Below the pieces are notes generated by a model. It saw only the letters and a list, made by a program, of their open reading frames with translations, made no database searches and was not told the origin of the DNA. A DNA stretch of 22,786 nucleotides from positions 1-22,786 of IMG/VR virus record IMGVR_UViG_2547132415_000008. One strand, written 5' to 3'. Below, in pieces: positions 7,645 through 17,382 of the stretch (its first letter is position 1; every line of letters starts with the position of its first letter). The DNA is from a virus. Lineage: Duplodnaviria > Heunggongvirae > Uroviricota > Caudoviricetes. The position numbers were made by a program, and so were the translations under genes.

Positions 7645-8151
7645 ATGAATAATGTATTTCTGTACCGGATGCCTGTTGGCATTGCCGGGGCTGTCTCTCG
7701 CCCGCAGGACTTAACCGTCGAACCGGTGGTCCTTAAATCCGATAACGCCTTCGCTGCCTATGGGCTGGCTGGTAAATACGATGATGACGGTTTTTTCGTG
7801 CCGCTGGCAGATGGTGATACCGCAGACAAGGTGAAGGGGATCTACGTGCGCCCTTATCCGACCACGTCGCAGCCGGACATGGTTCGCCAGGTGGGGAGTG
7901 GCAAGAACTTCCCGGGCGACGCCATGAAGCGTGGCTACGTGACCGTTAATCTCGGTTCTGATTTTGATGCCAGCACCATCAAAAAAGGCGACCCGGTATA
8001 CGTTGTCGTCTCCACTGATGAATCCATCAAAGTGCCGCTGGGTGGATTCATGGCCACGTCAGTCAGTGGCAAAAACGTGGTGCTGACCAACGCTGAATTC
8101 ACAGGTGCCGGTGATGCTGACGGCAATGCAGAGATTTCCTGGAAGATTTAA
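7645..8151 (+). CDS. Capsid-associated protein (decoration or scaffold-like), function uncertain
   Basis: 168 aa, RBS AAGGG upstream, immediately precedes the major capsid gene. Confidence 0.4.
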   Translation: MNNVFLYRMPVGIAGAVSRPQDLTVEPVVLKSDNAFAAYGLAGKYDDDGFFVPLADGDTADKVKGIYVRPYPTTSQPDMVRQVGSGKNFPGDAMKRGYVTVNLGSDFDASTIKKGDPVYVVVSTDESIKVPLGGFMATSVSGKNVVLTNAEFTGAGDADGNAEISWKI

Positions 8152-8162
8152 GGAACAGACGA

Positions 8163-9104
8163 ATGATTACTTTTGATCAGGCAACCGTTGACAGCTCTGG
8201 TGCCTTTCTCATCGGGGAGCTGGAGCGACTCGACCAGACGCTGAACCTGCCACTGGTGGGGTACACCTGGACCCGCGATATTCAGTTGCGTGAAGATGTC
8301 TCTATCGCAGATGACATTTCCAGCTGGACGAATACCAGCTTCGCCGCTGCGGGTACTGGTGCAAATCCGAATGGCAAAAACTGGGTAGGCAAAGACTCAA
8401 CTGCTATTGCTGGCGTAAACGTGGATATCGGCAAATCCGGTAACCCGCTGAACCTGTGGGGGATGGAACTTGGCTGGACGGTCATAGAATTGCAGGCTGC
8501 TCAGCAGGTCGGCCGCCCGATTGATACGCAGAAGTATGACGGTATGCAACTGAAATGGCAGATGGATAACGATGAACAGGTATATGTTGGCGATTCCGCA
8601 TTAAACCTGAAAGGCCTTGTTACCCTGGACGGCGTGCCTGTCAACAACGCTGCCAAAACGTGGGCAACCTCAACACCGGACGAAATCCGCGCAAGTATTA
8701 ACCAGGTGCTGTCTGATGCGTGGGCCGCTTCCGGTTACTCTGTGGTTCCGCGTGATTTGCTGATCCCGCCTGAGCAGTTTGCTCTGTTGTCCAGCATCAT
8801 CGTTTCATCTGCGGGTAACCAGTCCCTGTTGACGTACCTTCAGACCAACACCATCAGCTATCACCAGAACGGTGTTCCGCTGAATATCCGCGCGGTTAAA
8901 TGGCTGAAAGGCCGTGGTGTGGGGAATAAGGATCGTATGGTTGCGTACACCAACGATAAAAAATATGTCCGCTACCCGCTGGTTCCGCTTCAGAGTGTGC
9001 CGGTGCAGTATCGCGGTCTGTATCAGATCGTCACTTACTACGGCAAGCTGGGTGCAGTCGAGCCAGTGTACAAAGAAACCATTTCGTACGTTGATGGCAT
9101 TTAA
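8163..9104 (+). CDS. Major capsid protein
   Basis: 313 aa, RBS AAGGA upstream, position after scaffold-like genes and before the head-tail joining genes; followed by a GC-rich hairpin. Confidence 0.65.
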   Translation: MITFDQATVDSSGAFLIGELERLDQTLNLPLVGYTWTRDIQLREDVSIADDISSWTNTSFAAAGTGANPNGKNWVGKDSTAIAGVNVDIGKSGNPLNLWGMELGWTVIELQAAQQVGRPIDTQKYDGMQLKWQMDNDEQVYVGDSALNLKGLVTLDGVPVNNAAKTWATSTPDEIRASINQVLSDAWAASGYSVVPRDLLIPPEQFALLSSIIVSSAGNQSLLTYLQTNTISYHQNGVPLNIRAVKWLKGRGVGNKDRMVAYTNDKKYVRYPLVPLQSVPVQYRGLYQIVTYYGKLGAVEPVYKETISYVDGI

Positions 9105-9144
9105 CAGCCATATGGCCCCTGGCGGGGCCATTAAGGATGACCCG

Positions 9145-9366
9145 ATGGCAAAAAATAATGCAGTAATACACGTACATACCCCGTTTGTGCTCACGCTTCC
9201 CGACGGTTCACGGCGCGAGTTTGTTAAAGGCCGTCATGCTGTGGAGGAAGACGTTGCCACGCACTGGTTCACTCGTGCGCACGCGGAAGTATCCGTTGGC
9301 AAAGCCACAGACGCGCGTAACGAGGTAAAAAATGCCAAAGAATCAAAGTCTGCCAGCGGTAAGTGA
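9145..9366 (+). CDS. Small head-associated protein (hypothetical)
   Basis: Internal ATG of track ORF 8914..9366 with RBS AAGGA 6 nt upstream; 73 aa. The upstream part of the track ORF overlaps the capsid gene and was discarded. Confidence 0.4.
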   Translation: MAKNNAVIHVHTPFVLTLPDGSRREFVKGRHAVEEDVATHWFTRAHAEVSVGKATDARNEVKNAKESKSASGK

Positions 9367-9739
9367 TTTTCGCCGCGACTTCCCGCAGTTTGCTGACCCT
9401 GCCAAATATCCCGAAGCGCAAATCCAGTTTCGTCTGAATCTGGCCGATGAACTGCTGAGCGAAAACGTCACCAGCAAAAAGTTGTTTCCGTACTTTGCCG
9501 GATTGTTCGTTGCACACTACATGACGCTCTGGGCGGCAGACAGCCGGGCGATGCTGGCTGGTGGTCCGGGCGGTTCAACCAATGGTGTTCAGTCCTCAAA
9601 GTCCGTGGATAAGGTAAGCGTCAGTTATGACACCAGCGCGACGCTGAATCCTGATGCAGGTTTCTGGAATAACACCCGATATGGCGCTGAATTTTATCAG
9701 TTGATCACGATGTTCGGTGCAGGTGGTCGCCAGCTATGA
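9332..9739 (+). CDS. Head-tail connector / head completion protein (hypothetical)
   Basis: 135 aa, RBS GAGG upstream; position between capsid and tail genes. Confidence 0.45.
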   Translation: MPKNQSLPAVSDFRRDFPQFADPAKYPEAQIQFRLNLADELLSENVTSKKLFPYFAGLFVAHYMTLWAADSRAMLAGGPGGSTNGVQSSKSVDKVSVSYDTSATLNPDAGFWNNTRYGAEFYQLITMFGAGGRQL

Positions 9740-10290
9740 GTTTCAAAAGCGGTGTAACAACGAGGGTGGATAACGCTAAGGCCATTCTGGATGCGCTCAG
9801 GTCGTTAACCCAAAAAGATGTGCTGGTCGGCATCCCTTCGGAAGACAGCGGGCGGGATGATGTTCCGTTTGGTAATGCGGGCATCGGTTACCTCAACGAA
9901 TACGGCTCACCAGAGCAGAATATCCCGCCACGACCTCACCTGGTCCCCGGCGTTAAATCGGCAGAAGAGCAGACGGTGCCGCAGCTCAAAGCCGCGGCGC
10001 AGGCTGCACTTGATGGTAATGCTGCGGGAGCAGAAAGTGCACTCAACCGTGCCGGAACGCTGGCCGTTAATGGCGTCAGGCGTTACATGACCATTACCGG
10101 CTTTACGCCGCTTGCTGACAGTACTGTTGAAGCCCGGGCTCGTAGGGGGCGCAAGGGGGCAACAATGGAACTTGCCCGGCGTGCTGCTGGCGAATCTCCG
10201 GGAACCGATCTGGCGAAACCATTAATTGATACCGGGCAATATCGCAGAGCGATTACCCATGTTGTGAGGGATAAAGATGCCGACTCTTGA
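9736..10290 (+). CDS. Head-tail joining protein (hypothetical)
   Basis: 184 aa; start overlaps previous stop; RBS AGGTGG upstream. Confidence 0.45.
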   Translation: MSFKSGVTTRVDNAKAILDALRSLTQKDVLVGIPSEDSGRDDVPFGNAGIGYLNEYGSPEQNIPPRPHLVPGVKSAEEQTVPQLKAAAQAALDGNAAGAESALNRAGTLAVNGVRRYMTITGFTPLADSTVEARARRGRKGATMELARRAAGESPGTDLAKPLIDTGQYRRAITHVVRDKDADS

Positions 10291-10666
10291 TGTAACAGAT
10301 GTGCTTTTTGACCCCGATTTTTGCGACTTCAATTTGTGGGTAACACGCCGTGTGCAAACGGTGGATGAGGACGGGATCGGCAGCGACAGCGAAGTTAAAA
10401 AGCAGTTTGCCGGAGTCGTTACTGTTGATCGCTCTCTGGAAAACCGTCGTATGCAGGCCGGGCAGGTAATCAGTGGTGCAATTCTGATTGTGACGACTGA
10501 GCGACTGACGCAGGGACAGACTGGCCGTGATGCCGATATCGTGACGTATCAGGGCCGTGATTATCGTGTGACCTTCGTCGACCCGTATACAGCTTATGGT
10601 GCCGGATTCGTTCAGGCGCATTGTGAGTTGCTGCCGTTTGATGGGGGAATTCCGGTTGAGCAATAA
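10277..10666 (+). CDS. Head-tail joining / tail completion protein (hypothetical)
   Basis: 129 aa; RBS GTGAGGG upstream; overlaps previous gene by 14 nt. Confidence 0.45.
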   Translation: MPTLDVTDVLFDPDFCDFNLWVTRRVQTVDEDGIGSDSEVKKQFAGVVTVDRSLENRRMQAGQVISGAILIVTTERLTQGQTGRDADIVTYQGRDYRVTFVDPYTAYGAGFVQAHCELLPFDGGIPVEQ

Positions 10667-11204
10667 CACCAGCACAGAGCGCGGATGGCTGATACCAACC
10701 AGTGGCGATCCGGATTATGACGAAGCGCTCGACAGGCTGTTAAGCCAGTGGATGCGTAACGTTTCCGGTCTGTCTGCCGGGATGGTTCGTCCGCGCTGGC
10801 AGAAAGAGCAACCGCCACTGCTACCGGCTGAAACGAACTGGTGTGCGTTTGGGGTTATCGGATGGTCAGGTGATGACAGCCCGGCATTCACCAGACAGAC
10901 CGATGATGGCTCTCAGCTCTGGCGGCATGAAACGATTGAGTGTATGGCTTCGTTTTATGGACCGGCGGGGATGGTGTATGCGTCCCGGTTTCGTGACGGT
11001 ATATCTGTGCCGCAGAACAATGCAGCACTGAATGCGCTGGGGCTGTCTCTTGGCGATTACACAGGTCTGACTCCCTTCCCTGAACTTATTAATCAGCAAT
11101 GGGTCCGCCGCTACGATATGACGGTGCGCCTGCGCCGGAAGGTTGTGCGCGAGTACGGTATTAAATCGCTGGTGGAAGCACCAGTCATCTTTTTCGGAGA
11201 TTAA
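10641..11204 (+). CDS. Tail completion / sheath-terminator-like protein (hypothetical)
   Basis: The track ORF begins at 10596 but overlaps the previous gene by 70 nt; the internal ATG at 10641 (or TTG 10656 after GGGGGAA) is the more likely start. Confidence 0.45.
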   Translation: MGEFRLSNNTSTERGWLIPTSGDPDYDEALDRLLSQWMRNVSGLSAGMVRPRWQKEQPPLLPAETNWCAFGVIGWSGDDSPAFTRQTDDGSQLWRHETIECMASFYGPAGMVYASRFRDGISVPQNNAALNALGLSLGDYTGLTPFPELINQQWVRRYDMTVRLRRKVVREYGIKSLVEAPVIFFGD

Positions 11205-11207
11205 GCT

Positions 11208-12353
11208 ATGGCACAGGGCTTGCCTGTATCAAACGTTGTTAATGTTGATGTGATCATGTCGCCGCGTGCAGCATCAGGGCGAAATTTTGGTGCATTACTC
11301 ATTCTCGGCCCGTCCACAATCATTCCGGTAAGTGAGCGCATTCGTCGTTATTCTGCCGCGGAAGATATTGGAAAAGATTTTGGCGTGGAATCACCAGAAT
11401 ATAAGGCTGCGCAGGTGTTTTTCTCACAATCACCGAAACCTCAGGAGGTTTTTGTTGGTCGTTGGGTGAAAACGAAGGGAGACAGCGAACAGGCCACGCC
11501 TGAGACGCTGGAGCAGGCTGTGAATGCCATGCTCGATTATACTTCATGGTATGGGCTGGGGATTGCAGACGATGCAGATATTCCGGATGCAGACTGGCTG
11601 AAAGTGGCTGCGGCGATTGAATCCTCTTCTGTAAGCCGTATTCTGGCGATTACGACAAGCGATGAGAAATGCCTGCAGACTGCATCCAGCGATGATTTGG
11701 CATCAAAACTGAAAACCGCCGGATATTCACGCAGTTTTATTCAATATTCATCGGGTAATAAATACGCTGCGTTATCTGCATTTGGCCTGGCATTCACGGT
11801 TAATTTCAATGGCAGTAATACCGCGATTACGCTCAAGTTTAAGCAGGAGCCGGGTGTCGGGTATGAAACACTGACAGTCAGCCAGGCATCGGCACTTGAT
11901 GCAAAAAACTGCAATGTATTCGTGTACTACCAGAATGATACGGCTATCCTCCAGCAGGGAGTGATGGCTAACGGCGATTTCTTTGATGAACGCCACGGCC
12001 TGGACTGGTTACAGAATTATGTGCAGACCAACCTCTATAACCTGCTTTATACCAGCACCACGAAAGTTCCCCAGACTGAAGCCGGTATTACCCGACTGTT
12101 ATCAAATGTAGAAAAATCACTGGATCAGGCCGTTCAGAATGGACTGATTGCTCCGGGCGTATGGAACGGTGGCGACCTTGGTCAGTTGTCATCAGGTGAC
12201 ACGCTGCCCAAAGGTTATTACGTATACGCCCAGCCGCTGGATGAACAGGCACAATCAGAACGTGAAGCCCGTAAGGCTCCGGTGATTCAGGCTGCAATAA
12301 AACTTGCAGGCGCGGTTCATTACGCTGACGTACAGATTAACGTTGTTCGCTAA
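11208..12353 (+). CDS. Tail sheath protein (contractile tail)
   Basis: 381 aa with RBS GGAGA upstream, followed directly by a 146-aa tube-like gene, a chaperone with frameshift, and a tape measure gene: canonical myovirus order. Confidence 0.7.
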   Translation: MAQGLPVSNVVNVDVIMSPRAASGRNFGALLILGPSTIIPVSERIRRYSAAEDIGKDFGVESPEYKAAQVFFSQSPKPQEVFVGRWVKTKGDSEQATPETLEQAVNAMLDYTSWYGLGIADDADIPDADWLKVAAAIESSSVSRILAITTSDEKCLQTASSDDLASKLKTAGYSRSFIQYSSGNKYAALSAFGLAFTVNFNGSNTAITLKFKQEPGVGYETLTVSQASALDAKNCNVFVYYQNDTAILQQGVMANGDFFDERHGLDWLQNYVQTNLYNLLYTSTTKVPQTEAGITRLLSNVEKSLDQAVQNGLIAPGVWNGGDLGQLSSGDTLPKGYYVYAQPLDEQAQSEREARKAPVIQAAIKLAGAVHYADVQINVVR

Positions 12354-12363
12354 GGGGAAGTGA

Positions 12364-12804
12364 ATGTCTACCTATTCTTTTATGGATGTCACTGCGACGC
12401 TGACCGGGCCGACCGGTTCGATTGACCTCGGGTACGGTTCGGCAAGTTCTGAAGAGGGGATTGTGGTTGCGATGGGCGGTCCTAAAAACACCATGACCAT
12501 CGGTGCTGATGGCGAAGTGATGCACAGCCTCCATGCAGATAAAAGCGGGACGATTACCGTTAACCTTCTGAAGACATCACCGACAAATAAAAAATTGTCG
12601 CTGGCGTATAACGCACAGAGCCAGTCTTCTGCCACATGGGGGAATAACGTTATCGTGATCCGCAACAAGGTCAGCGGCGACATCATCACGGCACGCAGTG
12701 TTGCGTTCCAGAAACAACCGGATAACGCCAACGCTAAAACCGGTAATACGATGCCGTGGGTGTTTGACTGCGGCAAGATTGACCAGGTTCTCGGGGAGTT
12801 TTAA
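12364..12804 (+). CDS. Tail tube protein
   Basis: 146 aa, RBS GGGGAAG upstream, between sheath and chaperone genes. Confidence 0.65.
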   Translation: MSTYSFMDVTATLTGPTGSIDLGYGSASSEEGIVVAMGGPKNTMTIGADGEVMHSLHADKSGTITVNLLKTSPTNKKLSLAYNAQSQSSATWGNNVIVIRNKVSGDIITARSVAFQKQPDNANAKTGNTMPWVFDCGKIDQVLGEF

Positions 12805-12807
12805 TAC

Positions 12808-13260
12808 ATGGAATTCGAAATTAAAGGCGTGAAATATCGCGCGGCAAAACTCAGCGTTTTTGACCAGCTGAAAGTGACCCGTAAACTTCTGCCGGTACTG
12901 GCGGGAATGATGTCAGATTTCGGGAGCATTCGCTCCCGTTTGCCTGCTGACGGCAAAATCGACACCGTGAAATTCGAGCAGTTAAAACCGGTGTTTGAAA
13001 CCATGCTCCCGCGTATCGCTGAGGAACTGTCTTCCCTGACCGAAGATGACACCGATGCGATTATTCATCCCTGTCTTGCGGTGGTATCGCGGCGTCATAT
13101 GGACGGATGGGTGCCGGTATTTACCCATGGCGAACTGATGTTTGATGATATTGACTTGCTGGTCATGCTTCATCTGGTGGCGCGGGTGGTCGCCGATTCG
13201 CTGGGAAATTTTTTGCCTACACCCCTTACCAGCACGACGCAGAGCCTGCAACAGGGCTGA
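12808..13260 (+). CDS. Tail assembly chaperone (short form)
   Basis: 150 aa immediately upstream of the tape measure gene; slippery heptamer T TTT TTG near its 3' end; RBS GGGGAG upstream. Confidence 0.65.
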   Translation: MEFEIKGVKYRAAKLSVFDQLKVTRKLLPVLAGMMSDFGSIRSRLPADGKIDTVKFEQLKPVFETMLPRIAEELSSLTEDDTDAIIHPCLAVVSRRHMDGWVPVFTHGELMFDDIDLLVMLHLVARVVADSLGNFLPTPLTSTTQSLQQG

Positions 13261-13457
13261 CGTTTAACAGCCTGCCGGACGGGCTGTCCTACCTTCTCAA
13301 TCCGGTTGACGCCGGGTTAATTCCTTATACAGCACTTAAAGATGGCTCTGTCGATTTGTACGACATTGCTCTCTTAAATGACCATCTGGCGGTAAAAGCG
13401 GATAACCAGCGGCGCATTGAGAAATGGAGAGAGGATAATGAACGCCGAGACTATTAA
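13215..13457 (+). CDS. -1 frameshift extension of the tail assembly chaperone (long form, G-T-like product), 81 codons with no ATG
   Basis: The -1 frame is open from 13215 to TAA at 13455..13457 (AYTPYQHDAEPATGLTFNSLPDGLSYLLNPVDAGLIPYTALKDGSVDLYDIALLNDHLAVKADNQRRIEKWREDNERRDY) and is entered at T TTT TTG (13209..13215). Confidence 0.6.
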   Translation, partial: AYTPYQHDAEPATGLTFNSLPDGLSYLLNPVDAGLIPYTALKDGSVDLYDIALLNDHLAVKADNQRRIEKWREDNERRDY

Positions 13458-15426
13458 AGATTTCCTCGTCTCGCTTGGCTTCAGTGTGGATGATGCAGGA
13501 GCGAAAAAATTCGGTTCTGTCCTCGCCGGTACAACTGCAAATGTCATCAAAATGGGGCTGGCCGTCGAAGGAGCTGCGCTGTCCGTGGTGGCCTTCACGG
13601 CTAAGATCGCCTCCGGTCTGGATAATCTTTACTGGGCGTCACAGCGCACCGGCGCGACAGTCCAGGGAATTCAGTCTATTGGCTATGCGGTTTCGCAGGT
13701 TGGCGGCAGCGTGGACGCTGCGCGATCTTCTCTGGAAAACCTCTCCCGGTTTATTCGTAATAATCCCGGGGCGGAGGGATTTCTGAATCGCCTGGGCGTA
13801 CAGACCCGTGATGCCAGCGGTAACATGCGTGACATGGCCGCTATCTTTACGGGCGTTGGACAGAAACTCAGCAGCATGCCGTATTACCGGGCTAACCAGT
13901 ATGCGCAGATGCTGGGCATTGACGAAAATACCCTTATGGCGATGCGCCGGGGTGTGGGTGGCTTCTCCGGGCAGTACAGCGCAATGGCGAAAGCTATCGG
14001 CTTCAATGCTGACGAGGCGGCCAGAAGCTCCAACAAATTTATGACCTCCCTGCGTGAGTTTAGCGCGATGGCAGGCATGGCCCGTGACAAAATCGGCTCT
14101 AATCTTGCGGGTGGGCTTGCAGGTTCGCTGGACACCCTGCGCCGCCATATCCTGGACAACTTCCCTCGTATCGAGCAGACCCTGACGAAAGCCATAAAAG
14201 GCATTCTGGCGCTCGGGGATATTATCGGGCGGCTGTTCTTCAGACTGATTGAGGGGACATCAGGCCTTATCACCTGGTGGCAATCGCTGGATAAGCAAAC
14301 GCGGGAGTTGATCTCGCTGTTTGGCGCACTGACGATTGCGCTGCGCATTCTGAACAGTACGTTCTGGATGTCGCCGGTTGGCCTCATTACCGCGCTGGCG
14401 GCGGGGATTGCCCTCCTGTGGGAGGACTATCAGACCTGGAAGGAAGGCGGCGACAGCCTGATTGACTGGGGCAAGTGGAAACCGGAGGTCGATGCCGCGC
14501 TGAAGATGGTTCGTGACCTTAAAACGACCGTTAACGACCTGGCGAAAGCGCTGGCGAAACTACTCAATATTGACCCCAAATCATGGTCCCTGAAGTGGGA
14601 TTTCAGCAACTTCATCGACCAGATGGGCGAATTCAGCAAAATGCTGAACATGATCGCCGACCTGCTCAACGCTATCAAAGATGGCCGCTGGGCTGATGCC
14701 GTCAGCATCGGCAAACAGATACTTAATCAGGGCAGCGAAAATCCGTCAGCGATGCCGATGGTTACAGACAGCGCTAACAGTACTGCCGACTGGATTAAAG
14801 AGCACTGGGGATTCGATCCCCGCAGTGTGGGCCGGACGGTACGCGGCTGGTTTGGTGATGATGAGCCGGAACAACATGCACAGGCTACGAAACGAGGAGA
14901 ACGGAATAACAATCCGGGAAACCTTAATTTTGCTGGTCAGGCGGGGGCTTCTCTTGAACGCCCGGGCGGGCGATTTGCCAGATTCGAAACTGCCTTTGAT
15001 GGATTACGGGCTCTTGCTCGTCAGTTAATGTTGTACGCCGGACGGGGAATAAACAGCGTGGAGAAAATTGTCTCTACCTGGGCGCCTGCGTCTGATAATA
15101 ACAACACAACTGCGTATATCAGGGCTGTATCGCAACGACTGGGAGTGGATCCCCGGGCTGCCCTGAATATGAGCGATCCGCAAACCATGTCAGCATTGAT
15201 GAGCAGCATTATCCAGCATGAGAATGGAAGAAATATCTATTCCCGAGAGCTGATTAATAAGGCTGCCGTGGCGGGAATTAGTGGCAAAGTGACAGAGGTT
15301 AACCAGCAAAATACCTACCACATTTACGGTGGCGGAGATCCGCACGCTGTCGGTAATGAGGTTGCACGTCGGCAACAGTCTGCAAATGCTCAGGTCATGC
15401 GAAGTAATCAGGTGAGGGTGGGTTAG
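13438..15426 (+). CDS. Tail tape measure protein
   Basis: ATG 13438 preceded by GGAGAGAGG (the track ORF starts at 13417). 663 aa; a long Ala/Leu/Gly-rich helical protein downstream of the frameshifted chaperone; hydrophobic central segment; distinct C-terminal domain. Confidence 0.75.
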   Translation: MNAETIKDFLVSLGFSVDDAGAKKFGSVLAGTTANVIKMGLAVEGAALSVVAFTAKIASGLDNLYWASQRTGATVQGIQSIGYAVSQVGGSVDAARSSLENLSRFIRNNPGAEGFLNRLGVQTRDASGNMRDMAAIFTGVGQKLSSMPYYRANQYAQMLGIDENTLMAMRRGVGGFSGQYSAMAKAIGFNADEAARSSNKFMTSLREFSAMAGMARDKIGSNLAGGLAGSLDTLRRHILDNFPRIEQTLTKAIKGILALGDIIGRLFFRLIEGTSGLITWWQSLDKQTRELISLFGALTIALRILNSTFWMSPVGLITALAAGIALLWEDYQTWKEGGDSLIDWGKWKPEVDAALKMVRDLKTTVNDLAKALAKLLNIDPKSWSLKWDFSNFIDQMGEFSKMLNMIADLLNAIKDGRWADAVSIGKQILNQGSENPSAMPMVTDSANSTADWIKEHWGFDPRSVGRTVRGWFGDDEPEQHAQATKRGERNNNPGNLNFAGQAGASLERPGGRFARFETAFDGLRALARQLMLYAGRGINSVEKIVSTWAPASDNNNTTAYIRAVSQRLGVDPRAALNMSDPQTMSALMSSIIQHENGRNIYSRELINKAAVAGISGKVTEVNQQNTYHIYGGGDPHAVGNEVARRQQSANAQVMRSNQVRVG

Positions 15427-16013
15427 TGGATATTCTCTCTACACTTTTTCATCAGCAGAGCAGAAAAATAGGAATGATTGTTCCCAGTGTTGTTATTTCA
15501 GAGAAGCATACAGATATGCTTGAAATAACCGAGCATCCGGTAGAGGTCGGGGCCGCTGTCGCTGATCATGCCTATAAAAAACCGTCAGAAGTGGTGATGG
15601 AGGTTGGTTTCGCCGGTGGCGGCGCATTGCTGGATTTTGCCAGTAACCTGACGGCTACCAGCCTGCTCGGCCTGAGTCCTCAGCAGACGTATCAGGAGCT
15701 ACTGGATCTGCAGGAAAGCCGTATCCCCTTCGATGTGGTAACCGGTAAACGGCTGTACAGCAACATGTTGATCCGGGCGCTGGAAGTGACGACGGACAAG
15801 ACAACCGAAAACGTCCTGTCCGCCGTCCTCACCCTGAGGGAGGTCATTATCTCCCGGACACAGCAGATTACCGTCGCGGATAAAACCAACATGAAGGAAG
15901 GGGCCAGCACGTCGGCGGTACAGAACAGCGGCAACAAAACCACAAAACCTCCAGATACTTCACTGCTGAAAAGCATCACGGGTAACGTGGCGTCATTACT
16001 GGGGGGCGGCTAA
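15426..16013 (+). CDS. Tail/baseplate-associated protein (hypothetical), probable GTG start
   Basis: GTG at 15426 overlaps the tape measure stop (TAGTG) with GAGGGTGGG upstream; 195 aa. An alternative ATG at 15474 has no spacer after its RBS. Confidence 0.45.
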   Translation: MDILSTLFHQQSRKIGMIVPSVVISEKHTDMLEITEHPVEVGAAVADHAYKKPSEVVMEVGFAGGGALLDFASNLTATSLLGLSPQQTYQELLDLQESRIPFDVVTGKRLYSNMLIRALEVTTDKTTENVLSAVLTLREVIISRTQQITVADKTNMKEGASTSAVQNSGNKTTKPPDTSLLKSITGNVASLLGGG

Positions 16014-16315
16014 TGACAATTCAGGAAATTCCGCTGACAGCGGACAACCAGCAGTTCAGCATCGTCCTGGGTGGTGTCACCTGGCGGATTAGCATCATAT
16101 GGCGCGATCTGTACTGGATTATGGACCTGCAGAACGACAGAGGGGAGCCGGTAATCTCCGGTATTCCTCTCGTCACTGGTGCTGACCTGCTGGCGCAGTA
16201 CGCCTGTATGGGGCTTGGTTTTAAGCTGGTGGTGGTCTGTGATGACAACACACAGGATTACCCCACAAAAACTGACCTGGGCGGTCGCAGCCATTTACTG
16301 GTATCAACGGAGTAA
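16013..16315 (+). CDS. Small tail/baseplate protein (hypothetical)
   Basis: 100 aa; start overlaps previous stop (TAATG). Confidence 0.45.
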   Translation: MTIQEIPLTADNQQFSIVLGGVTWRISIIWRDLYWIMDLQNDRGEPVISGIPLVTGADLLAQYACMGLGFKLVVVCDDNTQDYPTKTDLGGRSHLLVSTE

Positions 16316-16317
16316 GC

Positions 16318-17379
16318 ATGTCACAGAACTGGATGAGACATTTCGAGCTGCAGCTTGTGGACGGGAACGGTCAGGGAATTGAGCTAAGTGATTTTAAAGT
16401 CACCTTTACGATCGACTGGTTCAACATCAGCAGCGCGTCCCGGGTAGGGACTATCAAAATTTATAACCTCTCGGCAGATACTGTGAACCGAATCACCGGG
16501 CAGGAGTTTTCGAAAGTGCGTCTGATTGCCGGTTACGACGGTATCGCGCCGGAGGTGTCGGCAAGCGACGTCGGGACCGTGCGGGAAGTTGACGCGGCGG
16601 ACGTGGGTCAGAGTGATGGCCGCAACTACGGACTGATTTTCAGCGGTGAAATTCGCTACTCGGTCACAGGAAAAGACAGTCCGGTTGATTCCTACGTCCT
16701 GATTCAGGCAGCAGATACTGATCTGGCTTTTGCCACCAGTATAACCTCACAGACGCTGGCTGCCGGTTACACGGTCGCTGATGTAAACCGTGCGCTGATG
16801 AAAGACTTCGAAGCCAAAGGCGCGACCGAAGGCCTGACGCCTGAAATGCCTGCTACTGTATTCCCCCGGGGGCGGGTACTCTTTGGCATGACGCGGCATC
16901 TAATGGATAACGTAGCCGGGCAATGTGGCGCAACATGGCAATTCGTGGACGGTCAGCGCCAGATGGTGGCGAATAACGAATATGTTCATGAAGCGATTGT
17001 GCTCAACAGCGCTACCGGGCTTATTGGCATGCCGCAGCAGACTATCGGTAACGGCGTAAACGTCCGCGCGCTTATTAATCCGAACATCCGGGTTAACGGA
17101 CTTATTCAGCTGGATCAGGCTTCCGTGTATCGTACCGCCTTGTCGAACAACGATATTGCGATGGCTGGTGGTCAGATCACCGACCAGAACACGGATGGAA
17201 ATATCACGCTAAGCGGCACCACATCGCAGCCTGCCAGCATCGCAACGGATGGCGTTTATATTGTGCGCGGGATTATGTACACTGGCGACACAAGGGGCCA
17301 GGCGTGGTACATGGATATGATGTGCGAAGCGCGTGGCGCGGCGGATCTGTATACGCGATCGGCTTTGCAAAGGGGATGA
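16318..17379 (+). CDS. Baseplate hub / tail protein (hypothetical)
   Basis: 353 aa; RBS GGAG upstream; position after tape measure and small tail proteins. Confidence 0.5.
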   Translation: MSQNWMRHFELQLVDGNGQGIELSDFKVTFTIDWFNISSASRVGTIKIYNLSADTVNRITGQEFSKVRLIAGYDGIAPEVSASDVGTVREVDAADVGQSDGRNYGLIFSGEIRYSVTGKDSPVDSYVLIQAADTDLAFATSITSQTLAAGYTVADVNRALMKDFEAKGATEGLTPEMPATVFPRGRVLFGMTRHLMDNVAGQCGATWQFVDGQRQMVANNEYVHEAIVLNSATGLIGMPQQTIGNGVNVRALINPNIRVNGLIQLDQASVYRTALSNNDIAMAGGQITDQNTDGNITLSGTTSQPASIATDGVYIVRGIMYTGDTRGQAWYMDMMCEARGAADLYTRSALQRG

Positions 17380-17382
17380 GCA

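Noticed and set aside
6981-7682. Minus-strand ORF of 233 aa, and the other long minus-strand ORFs (e.g. 2041..2505, 3761..4156, 4591..5040, 5334..5777, 6625..7140, 13639..14148, 13884..14387, 20445..20882, 21716..22276)
   Set aside because: All lie antisense within confidently placed, tightly coupled + strand structural genes. Their products are Ser/Pro/Arg-rich in the way typical of antisense frames of GC-moderate coding DNA. No minus-strand gene is supported.
8914-9144. Upstream part of track ORF 8914..9366
   Set aside because: It overlaps the 3' end of the major capsid gene in another frame; the internal ATG at 9145 has a good RBS and lies after the capsid stop.
9818-10090. Alternate-frame + strand ORFs embedded in larger genes (9818..10090, 10843..11031, 13475..13786, 13808..14044, 14681..15028, 19375..19665, 19971..20180, 21526..21831, 82..276, 2318..2527, 3384..3599, 6821..7045, 16179..16382)
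   Set aside because: Each is fully contained in a longer, better-supported ORF in another frame, with no independent RBS and Arg/Ser/Pro-rich composition.
10596-10640. Track ORF start at 10596
   Set aside because: It would overlap the previous gene by 70 nt; ATG 10641 or TTG 10656 after GGGGGAA is more consistent with the coupling seen elsewhere.
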